NCBI RefSeq assembly: GCF_006345805.1
Contig: NC_043012.1
Span: 42,532,001-42,596,000 of the forward strand
From: Octopus sinensis
Lineage: Eukaryota
Direction: 5' to 3'
DNA length: 64,000 nucleotides
The notes below the pieces were generated by a model. It made no database searches and had not been told where the DNA came from. It saw only the letters and a program-made list of their open reading frames with translations. Both the position numbers and the translations under genes were made by a program. Positions 26,935 through 38,930 of this stretch are shown piece by piece. The first letter of the stretch is position 1. Each line of letters opens with the position of its first letter.

Positions 26935-29737
26935 GTGAAGGGGAAGATGTTGCGGGCCCTTGTGGACACGGGCTGTACGACAACCCTGATGACTCTAGAA
27001 GTGGTAGAGACGTGGATTGGAGAAAGCAGTGTAAGAGCAGTCGACGGAAGAGAAGTACACTGTGAAGGCATTACAGATGCACAGGTTGTAGTGCATGAAA
27101 TAAGGCTGACGCTGCGAGCAATTGTAGTTGGCCACTTAGTGGACGAGATTGACGTGGTGATGGGGATGGATGCAATCACCCGTTTGGGAGGTGTCACTGT
27201 TAACGAGGCCGGTGTAACGTTCGGGTTTGCGGGGAAACCGTGTATGGCGAGACCATGCACTGGTGACAACCGTGAGGAAAAGCATGCAGCACACGCCATT
27301 GAAGACCAGGATTTTCGGGCTGTCTTCGATGGCCAGAGGTGGACAGTGGAGTGGCACTGGAAGGGAGAGCCTGCGACGTTAAAGAATAATGTGGGCTGCT
27401 AAAAGGAGATGCCAGAAGTGAGTTCGAGGGGGAGGTGGAGCGGTGGATTAAGGAGGGTATATTGATCCCTTAGGAAAAAGAAGAGAGCGGAGTCTTGCCG
27501 TTGATGGCGGTGGTACAGCCCACAAAGCATAATGTCAGGCCAGTGCTTGACTTCCGAGAGCTGAATAACCACGTATCATGTCATACGGGCGACGAGGCCA
27601 CAGATGTCTGCGGGGACACCTTGCGAGAGTGGGGGAAGATGACAGGGGCCTCCACGATCGTTGATTTAAAGTCGGCATACCTACAGGTGCATGTGGCTGA
27701 GAAACTGTGGAAGTACCAGCTTGTCAGATATAAGGGCCGGACGTACTGTCTGACCTGGTTGGGGTTCGGGCTGAATTCAGCGCCAAAGATTATGGCAACA
27801 ATTCTCAAGGCCATCCTGGGAAAGGTGGACAGAGTAAAAAGGGCCACCAATTCGTACATTGATGACATTCTGGTGGATGAAACCGTAATGCCAGCAACGG
27901 AGGTCATAGGCCACCTGAAGAGTTTTTGACTGATTGCCAAGCCACCAGAGGCAATGGAGGGAGGCGCTGCACTGGGCCTCAAGCAATGGAGAGACAAGGC
28001 CGGCGCGCTGGTGTTCCGGCGAGGGAATGAGATCCCCGAACTGGGCACCAGCATGAGTAGACGGGAACTGTTCTCTGTGTGGGGGAAGCTGGTGGGACCA
28101 CTACCCGATTGCAGGATGGCTCCGGACAGCATGTAGCTTTATCAAGAGACGAGCCGAAGGAGTGAAGTGGAACGATAGAGTGGGGGAGAAGACGACCGAC
28201 ATGATACAGGAATTCTTGGTCAGTGTAAGAGCAGAGGACCCAGTGAGGGGCAGTTGGTATGTTCCCAAATAAAAAAGCGGGATTGTATGGTGTGACGCCA
28301 GTAGCATCGCAATAGGGGTTGTCTTAGAAGTGAGAGGTGTCATGGTGGAAGATGCAGCCTGGCTCAGGAAGACGGATGACTGCAATCATATCAATGTGGC
28401 GGAGTTGGATGCCGTGTTGAAGGGGGTGAACCTAGCCTTGAAGTGGGGGTTGCACACCATAGAAATTAGGACTGATTCGGCCACTGTACTTGGTTGGGGG
28501 ACAGCAGTCATCACCAATGAACGGAGGGTGCGGACCAAAGGTGCTGCAGAGATGCTGGTAAAGCGTCGATTGGGGATGCTGCGTGAACTAACCACTGAGT
28601 TCAAGCTGAAGCTGAGCGTGATCTTTGTGCCTTCCGAGAAGAACAGGGCAGACGTCCTGACCAGGGTAAAGCGAGCCTGGTTGCAGGTGCCAGAGGACGC
28701 GGAGCAGGCTGTGGCTGCAGTATTCCGTCTGAGTGACTTGGAGTTGGGGAGATTGCATACCATGCATACCATGGGGGTGGACAGGACATTGTTCCTAGCC
28801 AGAAAAGTTGACTCCGATGTAACAAGACGGAGCGTGCAGAGAGTGGTTAGCAGCTCCGGGCGTACATGAGGCGGGAAGTATTCCAGTGGACCACGACTGG
28901 AAACGACTGGCGGTGGACATAACACACTACCGGCAGGGGACATACCTCTCAATGGTTGACTGCGGACCGGGGCGGTTGGCCATATGGAGGGAGATGAAGA
29001 CGGGGACCGCAGAGGAAATTGTGAAAGTATTGAATGAGATATTCCTGGAACGAGGCCCCGTAGATGAACTGCTTCTGGATAATGGCACTGCATTTCGCTC
29101 GGAGGTGCTTAAAGAAATGCTTGATGGGTGGAAGGCCAACCGCTTCTTCAGGGCAGCATACCGGCCAAGTGGAAATGGGGTGGTGGAAAGGCATCATCGT
29201 ACCATCAAGACCATGGCAGAGAGGGGCCACATTTCACCAATCGAGGCTGTATTTTGGTACAACATGTCGCCCAGATCAGGACAGGCTGAGGAGTCGGTGC
29301 CACACAGGGCAATATTCAGGTACGAGTGGAGGCATCCGTGTACTGCATCAATGCGACCCGGGGCAGAGGAAGAGCAAGCCTTCGTGCAGGTCGGGGAAGA
29401 AGTTTGGATAAAAACCCCAAACGCACGGTGCACATCACGATGGGGAAAGGGAACAATAACCTCTATAAATTCGAAGAACAACATCTCTGTCGATGGTATG
29501 CCATGCCGCGTTTTGGATATACGGAAGATTGTCCATGCCTCAGAGGATGGAACCAGCAGCAGTGGGCAAGAAGATGAAGACAACAACAGTAGGCAAGAAG
29601 ATGAAGACAACATCAGTAGACAAGATGATGAAGCCAGCAGCAACATGCCAGGAACCAAGGCCAGTCCTAGGGTCGCACTGCGACCACAGAGGGAACGGCA
29701 CCTTCCTCCCTGGCTGGCTGATTATGAAACCAGTTAA
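26935..29737 (+). pseudogene. Gypsy pol (PR-RT-RH-IN), fragmented
   Basis: ORF pieces 26935-27402, 27495-27929, 28330-28869 and 28886-29737 carry the successive domain motifs. Confidence 0.85.
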
Positions 29738-30266
29738 GGTGTGAGTTTGGGAGTGAGGAGTGAGTAGGAAAGCCGGTTGAGTGATATGTAGATCAGGGGG
29801 GCGTGTGGTGTTGGCGGTCGGTATTATGGGACGTGATGAGCTATGTGGTGCTGGTGGACAGGATGACTGAGGGGTGCATGCGTGGGAGGAAGCGGATGTG
29901 GTCAAGGACAACACACGTGTGGTCAGCGAGGAAGCGCGGCAGTTCCAGCATAGATGGCAAAGCGACAAGACGTGTTGAATTCATGAGTGACCGTTGTTTC
30001 TTTTTTCTGTTGTCCTCTTCATCCATCATACTACAAACGTAAGGTGCACTGTTGGTTCAGTTGAGCTATTCCGCTACATTTTCATAATCCGCCAAACTGG
30101 GATCTCATAACTTTGCCGTATCCCTGAAAGGGTGGCTCAACGCGTACTTTACCCTGCCAAAGGGCAACCCATAATGAAGCAGGGACACGGTCGTCGGTCC
30201 GTGAGGAACTTTTTAAATAGTCGCATACTCTCTATGTGTATGTATATATATATATATATCTATATA

Positions 30267-30325
<59 letters not shown>

Positions 30326-30494
30326 CATACATTATATATACATATATATATAATATACATATATATATATATATATACATACATACATACATATATATAT
30401 ATTATACATTATATATATCATATATATCATACAAATAGTATATATATATTATATATATATAATATGTGTGTGTATACATACATATATATATATA

Positions 30495-30886
30495 CTAGCA
30501 GTATCGCCCGCGTTGCTCGGGTTTGTAAGGGAAATAATTATATAAGCATTTTTAGAGATGTAAAGTATAATATCCATCTCAATATGGCTAACCACAAAGG
30601 GGGGGGGGTGTTCTGTAGCTTTTTACGTTCTGAGATTTAATAATAAATTTTAGAGAGTTACTTACCTTATATATGTCAAAAAATGGATTAAAAATGGGAA
30701 AAATTGATGGTAATTTTTTTTTAAATCGTAGACTCATCGTAGACGCGCGCTAATATCCAGACGGTCTCGATATGAATCACGACTATAAGATACCCGGTTT
30801 CGGTTAAACTGCACGCAAAATGTGGGAGTAGTTAGGAATCTAAATCGTAGGAGACAGACACACAACCTCACTTTTATATATAAAGA
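30495..30886 (-). mobile_element. Non-autonomous Helitron
   Basis: The minus strand starts with TC (TCTTTATATATAAAAG) and ends with CTAG; subterminal hairpin CCCG-AGCAACG-CGGG; inserted between A and T with no target duplication. Confidence 0.8.
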
Positions 30887-31050
30887 TTTCCTCTATTTAC
30901 ATAATATTGAGGTCTCTTTCTTTCTTTTGTTATCTTACTGTTTTTACCAATATACATATATATATATATATCTAAATTATATATAGTTACAGAGATGTAC
31001 TTGCATAGCAAGTGACTTGATCTGAGATCGTGTGCTGGAACGAAAACAGT

Positions 31051-31303
31051 TGCAGCGTTGAAGGTGTTTATAAGCCATTTAAGAAACACACAAAAATCGT
31101 TAGATTCACTTCAACATTTAAATTAATTGTCAAAATATTTTCGGCGCTTTGAGACCGCGACCTGTTAGCACGATATTTTTGTCAGTGAACAGGTCGCGGT
31201 CTCAAAGCGAGGAAAATATTTTGGCAAATTAAATTTAAATGTTGAAGTGAATCTAACGTTTTTGTGTGTTTCTTAAATGGCTTACAAGCACCTTCCACGT
31301 TGC
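31051..31303. repeat. Long imperfect palindrome (about 115-bp arms)
   Basis: 31051-31166 is the reverse complement of 31188-31303, with a ~21-bp spacer. Confidence 0.9.
31178..31228 (+). ncRNA. Minimal type I hammerhead candidate, G3-C8 core variant
   Basis: Stem I UUUGUCA/UGGCAAA; core GUGAACA plus one extra G; stem II GUCGC/GCGA(G) (the paired C is present in the inverted arm); GAAA; palindromic stem III AAUAUU; UUU triplet. Confidence 0.45.
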
Positions 31304-31384
31304 AATATATATATACACACCTATATATAGATGTATGTATGTATGTGTGTGGTATATGTGTATGCATGTAGGTGTGTGTGTGTG

Positions 31385-31600
31385 CGTGTCTGTGCTTGTG
31401 ATTGTCCTCCACCACTGCTGACAACGAATGTTGGTTTGTTTACATCCCTGTCACCTAGTGGTTTGACAAAGGAAACAGATAGAATAAGTACAATGCTTAC
31501 AAAAATAAAACTGGAGTTGATTCATTAAACTACAATTCTTCAAGGCATTGCCCCAGCATGGCCACAGACCAATGGCTGGAAAAAGCAGAAGAATAAAAGA
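31385..31600 (+). mobile_element. SINE family B 3' half
   Basis: GATAGAATAAGTAC...CCCAGCATGGCCACAG matches the tail of the 42485-42900 copy. Confidence 0.7.
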
Positions 31601-32266
31601 ATACATTGTCTGCTTTGGTCTTATGTTCAAGGCATGAGAAAGCTTGAGTTTACATGAGAAGGCCTAACAGACCTGGTAGAAACAGCAGCCAAATCTCCCT
31701 CAAATCACACCTTACTGTCTTATGTATGTATATATATATGAGCCAATGAGGGGGACCTCTACATGGCAGCTAGACATGGTAGAAATAGCAGTCAAATGTC
31801 CCTCAAATCACACCTTACTGTCTTATCTTTCTGCTACACACACACACACACTCACACACACGCACGTTAGCTTACAATTTTATTTATATATTTGCGTGTC
31901 TATGTGTGGAAAGAGGAAGTGGGAGGCAGAGTGAAAGAATCACTCACTACAGTAAGTGAATTACTTTCATTTTATTCGTTGCCCACTGTGTGTGTGCGTT
32001 TGCGTGTGTGTGTGTAAACCAGACTAAGAAAAGCATTGACACCACACCAGAATGTGTGAGTTTTCTGTAAATTTTGCTTAATTGGAGTTTAAATTTTAAA
32101 CTGGACCTGGCATGACGCGATGCATTGTACTCTTAAAAATGCTAGGTAAATTGTAATTGAAGAAATCCTATATTGTAGATTCTATAACTCCCAAAGGGAG
32201 GCAGATAAAATCTGCCTTTTATAATAAGAGATACATATATATATATAGATATATATATATATACAA

Positions 32267-32300
<34 letters not shown>

Positions 32301-32366
32301 TACATATATATATATATATATATACATACATATATATATATATACATACATATTATATTATATATA

Positions 32367-32543
32367 TTCAACAACAATTGAGGAATGGCCTTAATAGGCC
32401 ATTCGACCCACTAGAAAGAGCAGCCATTCCTCAATTGTTGTTAAATTTATATATATAGTCTATGACTATTTTCTCTTTCTCACTAGACCGCTGGTGGCGA
32501 AAAAAAATTCTATTGAATTTTTTGCTACCCTATATTGATTAAT
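32367..32543 (-). repeat. Diverged, internally inverted partial copy of the 494-bp array monomer
   Basis: 32458-32543 is a reverse-complement match to the monomer segment AATTAATCAATATAGGGTGGC...AATAGTCATAGAC; 32367-32425 matches CAACAATCAAGGAACGGCCATAATAGGCCATTCACCCACTAGAAATAACAGCC. Confidence 0.82.
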
Positions 32544-32548
32544 TGATG

Positions 32549-32606
<58 letters not shown>

Positions 32607-32640
32607 TATACGTATTATATATATATATATATAAATTATA

Positions 32641-32718
32641 AGAGGTACCACTATGTGATAGCTCTAGTGCTAAAAATAGCTCCGAGCACTAGAGCTATCC
32701 ACTTAGTGGCAACCCTCT
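32641..32718. repeat. Small fold-back element
   Basis: Perfect 15-bp core arms GATAGCTCTAGTGCT / AGCACTAGAGCTATC, extended by imperfect pairing to AGAGG...CCTCT. Confidence 0.75.
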
Positions 32719-32829
32719 AATAATTTATGTATAAATTTGTATTTTCTCCCTAGTTTTTTGTGCTAAGCCACTCGGTGTTAAATTAATGGTATTATTAAAT
32801 TAATATCGATTTTTCACCCTCATTTATAA

Positions 32830-33136
<307 letters not shown>

Positions 33137-33172
33137 CAAAAAAGTTTTGAAAATGCAATTTAAAAGATGTTT

Positions 33173-33219
33173 ATTTACTTACCGGTTTCACTTTTTGGAA
33201 AAAGATTGTCAAAAGTAAC
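33173..33219 (-). ncRNA. Degenerate minimal hammerhead candidate, U3-A8 core
   Basis: Minus strand: UUACU(U)-UUGACAA-U-CUUUUUCCAAAAAG-U-GAAA-CCGG-UA-AGUAA. Palindromic ACCGGU stem III and GUA site, but one extra U and a U-U pair at the base of stem II. Confidence 0.4.
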
Positions 33220-33799
33220 ATGTGGAAGTTTGGTGGCGTTAATTATTGGTTGTTGCAAATTGCTACATTACATATATACAGTCTTTGGTAACAGGGGCAT
33301 GTTAAGGACATAAAAAAGTTCAACAGTTCCTTAAAATATTGGGCACAAAAATATTACATAAAAATCGTTCTCAAGGACATACTTAAGATAGTTTCCAGAA
33401 GGAATTGATATTGTATTGTATCTGTATATTCAAACATGCACAGAATTGGTTGACACAGAGTACTATAATCCATATAAATATACATTCTTTGGTGACAACA
33501 GTATGTTGAGAATATAAAAAAGTTTAACAAGCTCATTGAAATAATGGGCAGAAAAGATTAAAACAAATATATTATACATCTCAAGGTAATTTCCAGGAGG
33601 AATTATTAAAAAAAGTTCAGTATACACATACAGAATATTATGTGTTCAAAAAGATTTACATTATAATAGTGGTGAAGCTAAAACTGACCTGTCCGTTTTA
33701 GGAGAAATGTGGAACTGAAAAGAATGTACCCTCTTTTTCTTTTTTTCTTTTTTTGTCTCTCCTTCAAGCATCAATGATTTTGGGATCAGGATGAGGTGA

Positions 33800-34445
33800 G
33801 TGTGTGTGTCTTTCTGCGTATATGTGTGTGCATACATACATATGTGGTGTGAATAGATGTGTCTGTGTGTCTGTAAGATCTGGTAGGATGGTGTGTCTGT
33901 TTGTCAACCGCACGTGTAGTTGTCTTGGTGTTGTGTGTGTGTGTGTGTATGTATGTGTGTGGATGGCATTTGGCATGGTGCTGCGTGTGTATATGTGTGT
34001 CTGTATGGAGGTGAGATTGGTGTGAGTGTATGTGTCCTTGTGTGTGTGCATATATATGTATACATGTGTTTGTATGTGGGGGGGCTGTTTTTGATTGGTT
34101 CCAGGGTGGTGTAAATAGATGTGTGTTGTTTAAAGAATTTTTGGGGGTAGGATGGTGTGTGTATATGTGTGCCCGTTTGTGTGTGTGTGTGTGTGTGTGT
34201 GCGTGTATGTGTGTGGTTAATGTCTATTAGTGTGTTGCGCGTGCGTTAGTGTGTATGTGTCTGTTCGATTGCGTGTCGATGTCTGTTGGGTGTATCAGTG
34301 TGGCATGCGTGTATATGTGCCCTGCGTGTGTTGGCATTGAGTATGTGCTTGTGTGTGTGCGTGCACACGGTGTGGGTGCACGCGTCCTTGTGTGTGTATA
34401 TACATGCATACATGTGTCTACGCGTGTGTGCGGGCCATACATACA

Positions 34446-34486
<41 letters not shown>

Positions 34487-35560
34487 CACACATATACACA
34501 TCATACATATACACACCACACACACACATCACACACACATACCACATACACACACCACACACACGCACACACCACGCACACACACATACAACACACATAT
34601 ACATATAATATACACACACACGCAACACACATATATATAATACACACACACACACACAACGCACACACATACAATACACACACACACAACACACACACAC
34701 ACATACACATATAACACACACACAACACACACACACATATACATACACAATATATATACAACACATATACACCTAACACATATATACATACAATACACAT
34801 ACACAGCATATATATAATACACATACACAATATATACATATAACATATATACACAATACATACATATAATATATATATAGACAATGCATATACATATATA
34901 CATATACACAATGTATACATACACATACATACACATACCAGATATACACACAATATAAATACATACAATGTATATATATATATATATACATACATATAAC
35001 ATATATACAAATAACATACACATACACAATGCATAAATATATATACATATAATGTATGTACATGTATACATGTATATACAACACACATACAATATACATA
35101 TATACAATGCATATATACACATACGTATACACATAATGTACACATACATATACAACACACATACATATAATATACATATACACAATGCACATACATATAA
35201 TGCACATATATATATAATGCACACACACACACATAATATACATACATATAACGTACACACACATACATATACATACCACACACACACAATGCATTCACAT
35301 ATACACATATACAATGCATACACATATATATATATATATATATACAATACACACATATATACATATATATAACATATATACACATATAAATACATACACA
35401 CACATAATGCATACACACACACACACAGACACATAACGCACACATACACATACATACATAACATACATATATATAATGTATGTGTGTGCGTGCTGTGTAT
35501 GTGTGTGGTCAATGTCTGCTAGTGTGCTGCATGTGTGCTGCATGTGTGCTGATGCGTGTA
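33800..35560. repeat. Degenerate (CA/TA/TG)n low-complexity tract
   Basis: Directly visible; source of many C/V/Y/M pseudo-ORFs. Confidence 0.95.
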
Positions 35561-35638
35561 TGTGTTTGTTTGCATGATACGGTGCGAGTGTGCGTGTGTC
35601 TTTGTGTGTTTGTTTTGGATGTGTGCCTGGGGGGTATG

Positions 35639-35880
35639 TTAGAGTATGTTTAGTTGTGGTCTGTATTTTTGAATAAGATTATTTTCCCTATTTATTCGTG
35701 TTTGGTCTGTGGTGTTGTCTGGAATTTGGTATAGTGGGAAGACTAAGAATTTGGGGGACTTATTGTGTGCACAAAGATCTAAGTGTCCACAAAGATCTAA
35801 GTGTCTTGTGGAGGGGTCCCTCAGTTGTTGGCGGTGAACTGTCATTCTTTCTCTGAGGTAAGGCTCGTTTGCCCTATGTC
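35639..35880 (-). mobile_element. Penelope-like element 3' fragment (GIY-YIG C-terminus)
   Basis: MTVHRQQLRDPSTRHLDLCGHLDLCAHNKSPKFLVFPLYQI...RINRENNLIQKYRPQLN resembles the C-terminal half of a PLE endonuclease (R..H, R..E...I....P.LN). Confidence 0.65.
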
Positions 35881-36010
35881 GTCTTCGTGGCAGCCTTCAC
35901 ACCTTATGACGTAGAGTAAATTTTTTAATGCGCACGTGAAATTATTTTTTATGATGAATGTGTGTCCGACCGGAACTTGTACGTCGATCCCTCAATGAGG
36001 TGGTATATAT

Positions 36011-36079
<69 letters not shown>

Positions 36080-36114
36080 ACACACACACACATATATATA
36101 TATATATACATATA

Positions 36115-36766
36115 TAAGTTATAAAATAAGGGGAAAAGAAAAATTTAAATGCCAAAAAAAAATTCTAATGCAAATATGAAATAAAATTGTCAATAACCAT
36201 TATAATTTATGCGTCTCGAAACAAGCCGATAGAAATTTCTAAAACATTCCGTTATTACCGTATTGGTCCCAATTTCAGAGTTAATTCATAAGAATTTTCT
36301 CCTCCTCAGCGATAAATACGTAAGACATAAATGAAATACTTACTCATACTCATGGAAAAAGCAACCACTAAGTCCTGAGCAGACCTAAGTACCCCAAATA
36401 TATCCAAAATAGAAAATCTTCAGCACATCTCGTGACACGTGTGACGCGAACTAGAAACTTTCACAGAGTGAGAGATTCCGGAAGTGAACACTATTAAATT
36501 TACATCTAAGGTAGGATAACATTTTTTCGAAAAAAAAAATTATCAATGGCCAGCATATTAAAAAATACCTTTAAAGTTTAAATTTATAAATAACTTATAA
36601 AATAAGGGCAAAAGAAAAATTCTAATGCCAAATATGCCAAAAATAGACAAAATTGTCAATAACCATTATAATTTATGCGTCTCAAAACAAGCCGATAGAA
36701 ATTTCTAAAAAAATTCCGTTATTACCGTATTGGTCCCAATTTCAGAGTTAATTCATAAGAATTCTA
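36115..36766 (-). repeat. Partial tandem dimer of a ~467-bp hammerhead-containing unit (second retrozyme-like family)
   Basis: 36115-36298 is repeated at about 36590-36766; the equivalent cleavage-site positions 36261 and 36728 are 467 nt apart. Confidence 0.8.
36250..36320 (-). ncRNA. Type I hammerhead ribozyme
   Basis: Stem I UUAUCG/CGGUAA, a 2x2 internal loop and 3 further bp; core CUGAGGA; stem II GGAG/CUCU capped by AAUUC-UUAU-GAAUU; GAAA; stem III UUGG-GA-CCAA; AUA triplet with cleavage after 36261. Confidence 0.8.
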
Positions 36767-36779
36767 TCGGCTTGTTTGT

Positions 36780-38930
36780 ATGAGTACAGCTTGCACCATG
36801 AATAGGGCATTGGTGAGGTTGAGCGGGACTCCACCTGTGCTTGCTTGCAATGAGTCATTCCTGAGAGTATGAGAGAATCAGGTGAGCAATATGTATTGCA
36901 TATGACTATATTATGTTGTCTTATGTATACAATTAGACTGTCACATACCGAATTTGAGTATAATAGTAAGACCTGGGGTGTGAGGTCATCACGGATGTAC
37001 ACAGCAACTTCACCATGGCTCCTTTCCCTTCTGTCTGTTCGCAGTATGGCATATTTTGGTACGTGTACTTCTGCGCCCTCTATATCAGGGCTGAGAAGAG
37101 TTTCCACGAGTGCTATGCATAGGGCTTGATTGCATGCAGTAAGATCTCTCAGGAAAGACATTTTGCTCTTATTATAATGCAACAGGCCCCCAAAATTTAG
37201 TAAATATATTGGGGTGACGACTGTGCAGGCTTTAGGGGAGGCCATCCCGTATCTGTTGACTGTGGTGGTCTTGCGCAGTGGTGGGCAAGGTTCCTTGTTT
37301 GTGGTTGGTATAGCCAGGTCAGCTGCTGTACAATTCTTTGCATCATGCACAAAAAGACTCTTGTTCAGCTGCTGCGTTGCGCAGAACATCAGAGGAGCAC
37401 ACTTCTTTTCTGAATGTTTTCCTTGGAGACATTTGTTGTCTTTCGTCAGTGGAGCTTCTCTCTTTAAGGCCCCTGTAGTTCTAGCGGGGTGTCGGGTGGG
37501 CAAACCGGCAGTTTTTGCTGTCCTCCTCATGCCAATATTTGCCCTGCAGGGAAAATTTGCAAGTTCTTGGGTGCCTTCCAGATTTCTTCTTTCCTGTAGT
37601 GTTTTGGATTACATTGGATCCTCCATGGGGTTTTCTGTTGTTTATTTGATGGGTTGGGGTTTCGGTTTTGGTTGTTTTGCCTTTTCCTTTTTCTTCCTTT
37701 CCTTCTTTATTTTTGCCTTCCGTCCTTCCTTTTTTCTTCTGTTTTTCTAATGGGGTGAGGACTGTTCCTTTGTAGGACCACCGGCACAGGGAGGCTTCCA
37801 GTTACTGCTTCCTTGGCTCCCCTATCCTTTTCTGCCTGGTCGTTCACCGGGGCGGGTGATTCATTCTCTTGAGGAACCTCTGGATTACAGAGACTTCCGG
37901 GTTTTGCTTCCTTTTCTTTTTCGTCTTCTCCATCCTTATTAGCCTTGCCACAATAATTTTTGATTATGTTATCCAAGGTGTTGATGTGTGGTCTTATAAG
38001 CATGTAAGACCGGATAAATTCACTCTTCTTCCGCTCTATCTGGACAATGGTTCTGTGAAAGCCATTGTTCTTTAGTGCAGCAGTGATGATGTTGTTTGGC
38101 GGATCGCCACTAGCAATCATACATGCTCGTAGCAGAAGATTTAATTCTTTCTTTTCCCACTTTGGTGCCATCTTTTTTTTTAAGCCCAGGGGGGAAGTAG
38201 AGGCTAGAGAGGTAATGAGAGATAGAGGGAGGTAGAGAAGGAGAAACACAGAGGGGGAATAGAGAAAGAGAGAGGGAGATATGAAGGAAAGAGAGAGGTA
38301 CCATGAAGGAAATAGAGATGGTGATATGAGGAAAGCAAGGGGGTGTGGTGTGTTAAAGAGACAGAGGAAGGGGAGAAAAAGAGAGACAGAGTGAGGGAGA
38401 GGAGGGGAATAGAAAGAGAGACAGAGTGAAGAGGAGGGGAAGAGAAAGAGAGGCAGAGTGAAGGAGAGGAGGGAAAGAGAGAGTTGGAGGGAGGAAGAGG
38501 GGGGAAAGAGAAAGAGAGACAGAGGGAGGGAGAGAATGGCAAGAGAAAGAGAGACAGAGTGAGGGAGAGACAGGAAAGGATGAAGGATGTGAGAGAGAGA
38601 GGGAGAAACGGAGCGAGAAGAATGGGCAAATGAGAAGTATATGAGTGAGAAGGTGAGGTGACAGGAGGAGAGGTAGATGTGAGATGGAAAGGAAAGAGAA
38701 GTGAGAAAAGAGGAGGATATGAAAGGGAGAAAGATGAGAAAAATAGTAAGATATGCAAGGGAGAGGGAAATAGTTGGCGTAAAGAGAGATAATGAAAGGG
38801 AGAGAGGAGCTGGAAATGGAGGAAATATGTAAAGGAGGAGAGAGGAAGAGGTAGATATGAAGACTGTGGGAGTAGGTACGAAATGTGTAGGGAAACGAAA
38901 AACACTATATAATTCTAAACTCAATACGAT
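36780..38930 (-). mobile_element. CR1/L2-group LINE 5' portion: CT-rich 5'UTR, ORF1 (Myb/SANT-like plus CCCH-like fingers) and N-terminal half of the APE endonuclease; 3'-truncated
   Basis: ATG at 38171 begins MAPKWEKKELNLLLRAC..GFHRTIVQIERK; a frameshifted TCKFSLQGKYWHE..KNCRFAHP finger follows; then the endonuclease motifs CIALVETLL, YAILRTDRRERSHGEVAVYIR and IVICNTY. Confidence 0.75.
37707..38171 (-). pseudogene. LINE ORF1 N-terminus with a Myb/SANT-like domain
   Basis: In frame with ORF-track entry 37707-38924, whose upstream 250 aa are only translated GA-rich repeat. Confidence 0.55.

Larger units (their letters stand above)
25812..30035 (+). mobile_element. Ty3/Gypsy LTR retrotransposon, full-length structure but decayed
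   Basis: LTRs at 25812-26125 and 29804-30035 with TG...CA ends; AACG target duplication at 25808-25811 and 30036-30039; purine tract AGGGGGG before the 3' LTR. Internal order: gag with CCHC knuckle (CFWCQGPHMVRDC), protease (ALVDTGC), RT (RPVLDFRELN, DLKSAY, YIDD), RNase H (CDAS, HINVAELDA, TDS), integrase (LAVDIT, LLLDNG, NGVVERHHRTIK). Several stops and frameshifts. Confidence 0.93.

Noticed and set aside
38172-38924. Hydrophobic L/S/F-rich N-terminus of the 405-aa ORF
   Set aside because: It is translated GA-rich low-complexity sequence, not a membrane protein.
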